From: Ignavibacteriales bacterium
GTDB taxonomy: Bacteria; Bacteroidota; Ignavibacteria; UBA10030; UBA8401
Reading direction: 5' to 3'
Assembly: GCA_037443785.1 (NCBI GenBank)
Contig: JBBINR010000007.1
Coordinates: forward strand, 2,709 to 66,708
DNA: 64,000 nucleotides
This document shows, piece by piece, positions 57,723 to 64,000 of this stretch. The position numbers and the translations under genes were made by a program. How positions within the stretch are numbered: the first letter of the stretch is position 1; every line of letters begins with the position of its first letter. The notes beneath the pieces were generated by a model. The model was not told the origin of the DNA and did no database searches. It saw only the letters and a program-made list of their open reading frames with translations.

Positions 57723-60700
57723 TTAAAAATCAAAACTGACTTTCAGTCCCCAAAAAATATCCCGAGGATTTAGGAATACCAAGAAATCCATATTTGGCAT
57801 ATCGATATATGATTTATCATCTAAAATTTTATTCATGCGGGTTGAACTTACTTCGGTCCAGCCTGATCCTTGATTCTCCATATATTTTTTGGTTGATCTA
57901 TCATAGTAAACTGCTGTCGATCTGATATAGGTTGCATCGGCAAGTTTATTTACAGCAACAATTGGAACAAACGGTGCTCCCTCTTTTCTCACATCACCGG
58001 GTTTATCCTCACCGGGAATATTTGAATAGTATTCACTTGCAGGCAAATGCAATGACTGCCAATAACTGTCTTCGTCTTGAATGCTGGTAAACCCGTAATT
58101 TGAAAAATTCCTGATGTTAAAAATATTATTCACATCAACAAATAATTGTACATTGGCAGTGCCAAATTTAAAATTTTTGCTCAATCGAATATTCGAAGAA
58201 TAGGTGTCGTTCCATTGAACATTATATCTCACATCATCCCGCGGATTGCTCCGGCTCCCGGTCCATGTATCATATGTGCCTGAAGCCCAGCTGGAAGTAA
58301 TATTAAAACGCCAATCGTTTAATAATCCTATGCCCGCAATGTGTACATCATTTTCCATAAAATCTGTCGGCGTAAATAGATCAAGACTTAACCTTGCGAA
58401 TGGCGCAGGAACTGGTTTCGTCTGAAAAATATCACTCTTATGGGTTGACTCATAAATCAGCTGATCGTTCGGACTTTGCGACAATTGTCGATAACCAAAA
58501 CGCCCGGTCGACCGAGCCATATAGGTATAATTGAGAAATCCAGTAATCCAATTGCCCCGATTGCGTGACACTGTCGCTTCAAAACCACGTATATCCTCAT
58601 AGGAATTTGGCATTGAAACACTGTAATTCACTTTTGAACCAAGAACCGATACCGTTGTAATTTGATCTGAGACATTCTTGTAATATCCGGCAACGCGTAT
58701 CAAATACTCTTCGAATAAACTGTGCTCGTAGCCTAATTCATACGCTACCGTTTTGGGAAGAGGGTTATTCGGATTCGCCAACCGTGAAACACTTTTACTG
58801 ACGGGATCATGACGAACTAAAAATAAATCTTCGGGCTGGGGCATCGAACGGAAATGACCATAGTTGAAAAACAATTTTGCATATTCTGTAATCGGAAAGG
58901 CAACTCCCAAACGCGGACTAAAGGTGATATTTTTTTCAATCTGAGAACGAACCAATGACGTGTCGATACCATATGATTGTCCGCCATACAGCCTATTATC
59001 AAATGGATTATAATTGTACCACGTACCATTAGGATCGGAAATATCCATTCGAATACCGAAATTTGCAATCATTCCTTCATATTCAAACTTGTCTTGCGCA
59101 TATAATGAAGCACGATAGGGATACGTTTTCCAATACGATCGTGTTGCGGCATTATTGACACTGCTCACCGAAGCATAATTAGAATTATTGACGCTTAATA
59201 CAAGCTCTGCTCCGGTTTTAATTTGATTATATCGATTCAGCTGGCTGTTAAAATCGAATTTGATGGTGGTTGTTGAAATAATGCTCGTATCTCGTGATCC
59301 GCTCTGGCCGTATTTATTTGTAAAGGCAGGAGTAAAATAATAATCATTATTTTGCTGCACATACCCAAATGGCGTTTCATCGACATAATAATTGTTTCCA
59401 AACAAGAGAACTTTTGTTGGATCACGTTTGCGTCCAGGATTTGTATCATATTTAAATCCGACGTAATTAACACTTGCTTCATAAAACGTTTGAGAGGATA
59501 AAACCTGCGTTACCTTACCGCCAAAACTATTCATCTTCACTGTTGATGGAGCAAAATAATCATTGGTATAAATTTGAAGATCGGCATAATTTGCTTTATT
59601 CAAACTCGAAGCAATGCCACCGGCGGATTGGAATAATCCTGAATTTCCGGAGTTGTTGTCATTACTTCCCTTTTGTTGTCCGACCATTCCGCTTACCATT
59701 ACCTTTAATGTACTTGTAATGTCTGACGTTATTTTGAACTGCCCGTTGTAATCTTCATACGCCTCGCGAGAAAGCGGAATCATATACATTGTTTTTTGTT
59801 GACGGTAGGACCCAAAAAAACGAAGATTGCCAAGCAATGAACTGACATAAGGAACGGGTCCGCCAAAACCTGCATCAATATCGTAATCAGGTTTTGTTAT
59901 TTCTCCATTTTTTCGGTGATAATACATGAATAACTGACGTGCCGCTTCAGGTGTTAAATCATTCGTTGGATCTTTGTCCGCCAACGATGCTTGAGACACT
60001 GCGTTCCAACCGCCAATAAATGAACGGTATTGTTCGCGCGTCCATTTATCCCAAGCCCCTGGTTCTTCTCCCGTGCCCGTACCCGTGTACGCTACAGCCG
60101 GATCAACAAACGGTCGAATGAAATATGAATTTGAATTGTAAATTGATGGGCCGAAATTTTTCGCCGTAGGCGGACTCAGGCGGAATGTCGCCGAGAAAGA
60201 ATACCCGTTGGCATTTCCTTCTTTTGTGACAACATTGACAACACCCGATCGGATATTTCCGTATTCAGCATTAAATCCACCGGTCTGAACTTGAATGTCC
60301 TGGACGGAACTCAAGCTGATACTCGAATACGGTTGATTGTTTCGTTCATCGCGAAGAGTCAACCCATCCACAATAAAAGCTGTTTGATCCGCGTTATCCG
60401 ATCCCCTAATCACAAGTCCGGATTGAATACCAGCCTGCAGACCAACAACTGCGCTGATACTTATAACCGGAAGGCTCGCGATCTGTTCCGTCGTAATATT
60501 TGCAACACTCGTCGCGACATCTTTTAACACGACAGGGCGCTGGGCAATAACAACAACTTCTTCCCCTTTGATAATTTCCTGGGACAAATTACATTTGATT
60601 TCAGTGGTCAGATCAATGTTGACACGCACTTTTGTTTGGACAAGAGCCGAGTACCCCAGCATCGATGCACGAACGCTGTATTCTCCGGGCGGCACATTGG

Positions 60701-60890
60701 TTATTACAAAATTCCCTTCAAGATCCGAAATAGCGCCAAGTTGTGTTCCGACGATAACAATATTTGCTCCAACAAGTTTTTCACCATTTTGAGAATCTAT
60801 TACCGTTCCGGATATTTTACCGGTTGTTCCGGCCAGAAGAAGAATGAAGGGAAGCGTACATAAAAAGGACACGATAGCAATTCGTTTCAC
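57723..60890 (-). CDS. TonB-dependent receptor with an N-terminal carboxypeptidase-regulatory-like domain (SusC-like layout, no SusD partner).
   Basis: 1055 aa. ISGTVIDSQNGEKLVGANIVIVGTQLGAISDLEGNFVI is the CarbopepD_reg-like domain. Plug motifs (IASLPVISISAVVGLQAGIQ, IRGSDNADQTAFIVDGL, NPLSSIS-like). Terminal barrel ending FDF. Confidence 0.85.
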   Translation of the reverse strand: MKRIAIVSFLCTLPFILLLAGTTGKISGTVIDSQNGEKLVGANIVIVGTQLGAISDLEGNFVITNVPPGEYSVRASMLGYSALVQTKVRVNIDLTTEIKCNLSQEIIKGEEVVVIAQRPVVLKDVATSVANITTEQIASLPVISISAVVGLQAGIQSGLVIRGSDNADQTAFIVDGLTLRDERNNQPYSSISLSSVQDIQVQTGGFNAEYGNIRSGVVNVVTKEGNANGYSFSATFRLSPPTAKNFGPSIYNSNSYFIRPFVDPAVAYTGTGTGEEPGAWDKWTREQYRSFIGGWNAVSQASLADKDPTNDLTPEAARQLFMYYHRKNGEITKPDYDIDAGFGGPVPYVSSLLGNLRFFGSYRQQKTMYMIPLSREAYEDYNGQFKITSDITSTLKVMVSGMVGQQKGSNDNNSGNSGLFQSAGGIASSLNKANYADLQIYTNDYFAPSTVKMNSFGGKVTQVLSSQTFYEASVNYVGFKYDTNPGRKRDPTKVLLFGNNYYVDETPFGYVQQNNDYYFTPAFTNKYGQSGSRDTSIISTTTIKFDFNSQLNRYNQIKTGAELVLSVNNSNYASVSSVNNAATRSYWKTYPYRASLYAQDKFEYEGMIANFGIRMDISDPNGTWYNYNPFDNRLYGGQSYGIDTSLVRSQIEKNITFSPRLGVAFPITEYAKLFFNYGHFRSMPQPEDLFLVRHDPVSKSVSRLANPNNPLPKTVAYELGYEHSLFEEYLIRVAGYYKNVSDQITTVSVLGSKVNYSVSMPNSYEDIRGFEATVSRNRGNWITGFLNYTYMARSTGRFGYRQLSQSPNDQLIYESTHKSDIFQTKPVPAPFARLSLDLFTPTDFMENDVHIAGIGLLNDWRFNITSSWASGTYDTWTGSRSNPRDDVRYNVQWNDTYSSNIRLSKNFKFGTANVQLFVDVNNIFNIRNFSNYGFTSIQDEDSYWQSLHLPASEYYSNIPGEDKPGDVRKEGAPFVPIVAVNKLADATYIRSTAVYYDRSTKKYMENQGSGWTEVSSTRMNKILDDKSYIDMPNMDFLVFLNPRDIFWGLKVSFDF

Positions 60891-61073
60891 GGGAAGATCT
60901 CCTTATTAAAAAGGATTACACTAAGTTCTGTGTAGAAACTGCACGTAATTGTTGCAGGTTATTTACTTTGTCGTTATGGGGCGTACCAAAGATTCAATAA
61001 TTTTTCTTTGCCGCTATAGTAAGAACATTTTTAACACTAAAGCAACAATTAATTGATGAATATTTATGCATTG

Positions 61074-63473
61074 TTACTTCTGTAAAACCATTTTCTTTGT
61101 TTCTGAATATTTTCCTGAAATTAAGCGGTAAATATACACTCCGCTCGCAAGATTTTCTCCATTAAAGACAACTGTGTACGTCCCGGAAGGAAGTTGCTCA
61201 TTCACCAGTGTATATACTTCACTTCCGAGAATGTCATAAACTTTTAAGATCGTGAAGTCATTCCCAACAACGGCGAAACGAATTTTGGTTTCAGGGTTAA
61301 ATGGATTAGGATAGTTTTGGTACAATGCGAATTCGCTGGGAACGGTTTCTTCGCCGTAAACAAAGGTCGCCGTTTTTGTTTTAAACCGAAATATCGATGA
61401 CCAGACAGATTCACCAAAAATATTTTTTGCACTGACACGCCAATTATAAATCTTGTTGTAATTAAGATTGAAAACAGTCATTGTCGTATCGAGCAATCCG
61501 ATCGAATCCAAAACAGGTGTTGAGAAGTCTAATGACAACGAAAGCTGAGCTCGGTATGATGATGCCGCTTTGGTTTTATTCCAAGAGAAAACAATATTAT
61601 TCACATCAAGATTTGTGGAAAGATTTGCCGGAAATGCCAAGAGAGGGGTTTCCGGTTGTCCGGTCATAAATGAAGAGAATGAAGAATAATTTCCTTCGCC
61701 GACAAAATTTATCCCTTTCACTCGCCAGTAGTATGATCGCTGCCCTTCAAGATTTGAAGCAATGTACGAACTGTCTTGAAGCAAGCCGGTTGTTGTCGTC
61801 AATGAATCCACAAAACTCGAATCCCGCGAAATCTGAATTTTGTAAGCACTTGAAAGCGGTGTATAATTCCATCGCAGCGGTACTGATGCCGACAGGGAAT
61901 CTTCATTATTTGCCGGCGATGCAAGAACAGGCTGCAACGGTGGTGTGGTAATCGAAACAACGCCGCTGGCTGGACTTTCATTGTGGTTTCTATCCAACGT
62001 AGTTACAACAAAATTTCCGGTGACTGGTGTTGCGATATTCAGTGGATTGATGTAATGTGAATTTGAAACGGAAAGAATATTTTTTGCATCATCAATATCG
62101 GTTTGTGAAACACTTGCAGAAGGAGTTTTGTACACCACATAAAATCCTGCGGTGTCACCATCCGAGGCAGGTGATGGAGTATCCCATTGAACAACGTCGA
62201 TCGGGTTTGATCCTAATCGCGCAAAACGGATTTGCTGCGGAGCGTTCGGCGGAATGGTATCTTTCCATTTCATCGGAGGAAGAAGCGCCTTGTAATGATA
62301 TAAATCGTTTTTTAATGTATCGATAATCCCGCCAAAATTTCCCGTTATACTATTCGTTGTGTACAGAAAATTTCCCGCCTCTGTTGAACCATCGGCACGG
62401 TCAAATCGAATTTGGTTTGCAATTTCACTTGCCGGACCAAAACCTGAAGCGTTAATTCTATAAGCAGCGAGCCCCGGAATAATTTCCCTTCCGTTCGAAA
62501 CCGAATTCCACCACGGTAATAATTTTGTATAGTCCTGATTACCGCCAATTTTCCAATACAATTGCGGCGCAAGATAATCGATATACTTTCCATTGAGCCA
62601 CGCTTTTGCATCACAAAAAATTGTGATGTAATTATCATTGCCAACTATTCCTGTTGGAACTCCGTTTCTCCAGATTCCGCGCGGGCTTATTCCCCACTTC
62701 ACCCACGGCTTTATAACTTGAATACTGTCGTACACCTGTTTGATAAGAAGATTAACATTGTCGCGTCTCCAATCGCCGAGATCAGTAAATCCTCGCGGAA
62801 AATTCGCAAATGTAGTTGCATCTTGATTTCCCATTGGCTCGACATAAAAATAATCATCCATGTGCGCCGCATCGACATCATATCTGCGGACAACATCCGA
62901 AATGATTTTTGAAACATAATCGCGGACAGCTTGTAATCCTGGGTCTAAAAAATTTACTTTAGCGCCAGTTGTTGGACTGGTTACTACTTGTAAAATCCAT
63001 TCAGGATGGGTTTTCGTAACATGATTTGACGAAGTTGAATAATTTCCAACTGAGCGCTCCGCACGATATGGATTGAACCATGCATGCAATTCCATGCCGC
63101 GTTCGTGCGCTAATTGCACTGCATACGCAAGCGGATCCCACAATGGATTCGGAGCAGTTCCCTGGCTTCCAGTCAACCAATACGACCACGGATCGTATGG
63201 CGATTGATACATCGCATCACATTCGGAACGGATTTGAAAAATTGCGACGTTAATTCCGGCCGCAGAAAGCTGGTCAAATATAGACGTGAGTTGTGCTTGT
63301 TGTGCTGCAACGGAAGATGTGTTGGAGCTGGGCCAATCAATATTTGCCACTGTTGCAATCCATGCACCGCGGGTTTCTCGTTTAATTGGAATGGTTTGAC
63401 ATTGAATGAGGTCAAGGAAAAAGAGAACTAATATGGAGAATAGTATCGAACGTTTCATGGATTCTCGGGGCAA
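61074..63473 (-). CDS. Family-10-like glycosylhydrolase (GHL10/DUF4015-type TIM barrel) with FN3-like domains and a T9SS C-terminal sorting domain.
   Basis: Signal peptide. ETRGAWIATVANIDWP...GINVAIFQIRSECDAMYQS...ELHAWFNPYRA resembles the GHL10 catalytic core. C-terminus YQNYPNPFNPETKIRF...VYDILGSEVYTL...SGVYIYRLISGKYSETKKMVLQK is a type-A T9SS CTD. Confidence 0.7.
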   Translation of the reverse strand: MPRESMKRSILFSILVLFFLDLIQCQTIPIKRETRGAWIATVANIDWPSSNTSSVAAQQAQLTSIFDQLSAAGINVAIFQIRSECDAMYQSPYDPWSYWLTGSQGTAPNPLWDPLAYAVQLAHERGMELHAWFNPYRAERSVGNYSTSSNHVTKTHPEWILQVVTSPTTGAKVNFLDPGLQAVRDYVSKIISDVVRRYDVDAAHMDDYFYVEPMGNQDATTFANFPRGFTDLGDWRRDNVNLLIKQVYDSIQVIKPWVKWGISPRGIWRNGVPTGIVGNDNYITIFCDAKAWLNGKYIDYLAPQLYWKIGGNQDYTKLLPWWNSVSNGREIIPGLAAYRINASGFGPASEIANQIRFDRADGSTEAGNFLYTTNSITGNFGGIIDTLKNDLYHYKALLPPMKWKDTIPPNAPQQIRFARLGSNPIDVVQWDTPSPASDGDTAGFYVVYKTPSASVSQTDIDDAKNILSVSNSHYINPLNIATPVTGNFVVTTLDRNHNESPASGVVSITTPPLQPVLASPANNEDSLSASVPLRWNYTPLSSAYKIQISRDSSFVDSLTTTTGLLQDSSYIASNLEGQRSYYWRVKGINFVGEGNYSSFSSFMTGQPETPLLAFPANLSTNLDVNNIVFSWNKTKAASSYRAQLSLSLDFSTPVLDSIGLLDTTMTVFNLNYNKIYNWRVSAKNIFGESVWSSIFRFKTKTATFVYGEETVPSEFALYQNYPNPFNPETKIRFAVVGNDFTILKVYDILGSEVYTLVNEQLPSGTYTVVFNGENLASGVYIYRLISGKYSETKKMVLQK

Positions 63474-63570
63474 TATGACGAATGGTGCTTTTGTGGGTGT
63501 TTAAATGTACGCGGAGTTTGCGAAAATTGCAATCGACAATTGTTCTCATTTTTTGGGAAACCACACAAGT

Positions 63571-64000
63571 TTACCCGGGTAAGAAATAGAAAACCAATGC
63601 AAATATTACGTAGACTGAAAGCAATTGCACACCTTCGAGCCAGTTGCTTTCACCATCGCTGTCAATTTGTTCGGTAATCAGTGCGGCCAATGCAATCACT
63701 AAAATTTCAATCGGCGTAAAAACCAAATCCATTGGTCGGCTTCCAATAACATAACTTGCCAATACAAGCATCGGTGCAACAAAAAGTGCCACTTGAATGC
63801 TGCTTCCGATTGCAATTCCTAAACTCAAGTCCATTCTGTTTTTTATTGCGACGGAAATTGCGGTGCTGTGTTCTGCCGCATTACCAATAATCGCAACAAC
63901 AATCACACCGACAAACACGCTTGTTAATCCCATGGCATGTGCGGCATATTCAACAGTCCCTACAAGAATTTCACTCATCCACGCAATAAAAATTGTGGCG
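63571..64000 (-). CDS. CaCA-family cation/proton antiporter (Ca2+/H+ exchanger-like). C-terminal half only; the gene continues beyond the right window edge.
   Basis: The alpha-2 repeat region [36 protein letters not shown] is characteristic of ChaA/CAX exchangers. Upstream ORF continuity could not be followed past position 64000. Confidence 0.6.
   Translation of the reverse strand, partial: ATIFIAWMSEILVGTVEYAAHAMGLTSVFVGVIVVAIIGNAAEHSTAISVAIKNRMDLSLGIAIGSSIQVALFVAPMLVLASYVIGSRPMDLVFTPIEILVIALAALITEQIDSDGESNWLEGVQLLSVYVIFALVFYFLPG

Noticed and set aside
1-64000. CRISPR arrays, tRNA/rRNA genes, integrases, transposases and phage genes.
   Set aside because: No regularly spaced direct repeats, no cloverleaf-compatible intergenic segments and no recombinase-like ORFs were seen. 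The only repeats are the short hairpin units described above.

Overview
This 64 kb window looks like chromosomal DNA, not a mobile island. It is moderately AT-rich and uses Shine-Dalgarno sites. It carries several type IX secretion (T9SS) C-terminal sorting domains, which fits an Ignavibacteria- or Bacteroidota-like (FCB group) organism. I see no CRISPR array, tRNA, rRNA, integrase or transposase.

Gene content in order:
- A truncated membrane protein gene plus an FNR-like flavin reductase.
- An esterase, a DinB-family protein, a lipoprotein and mutS.
- An ECF sigma/anti-sigma pair with two membrane proteins.
- A CsgG-like secreted protein.
- An unusual five-gene operon: ABC ATPase, small TonB-dependent-receptor-like outer-membrane protein, ABC-2 permease, POT-type MFS transporter, LolA-like protein.
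- carA.
- A structured leader (candidate lysine riboswitch with terminator) in front of dapB-dapA-dapD.
- An orphan sigma-54 (NtrC-type) activator and a DUF486 DMT-family membrane protein.
- A TetR-controlled TolC/adaptor/RND efflux operon with a clear palindromic operator.
- A decayed YbjQ-family pseudogene.
- A radA / guanine-deaminase-like / SemiSWEET-like / rdgB operon.
- A TatT-associated TRAP transporter (TatT, DctP, DctQ, DctM) next to an OmpR-type two-component system and an APC amino-acid permease with an unusual hairpin-rich leader.
- A tightly packed tamB, RNase R, HExxH-TolB-Omp85 fusion protein gene string.
- The split heptose genes hldA and hldC.
- A seven-gene minus-strand T9SS-linked cluster: family-10-like glycosylhydrolase with T9SS tail, TonB-dependent receptor, two T9SS cargo proteins, a PorV/PorQ-like barrel and two lipoproteins.
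- A truncated CaCA antiporter gene at the right edge.

The most interesting signals are the candidate riboswitch, the HExxH-TolB-Omp85 fusion linked to tamB, the trans-envelope ABC/outer-membrane-barrel/LolA-like operon, the small dispersed hairpin repeats (gtcattgcgag / cccgatagaaacattcgg), the YbjQ pseudogene, and the SemiSWEET-like gene embedded in a purine-sanitation/repair operon.
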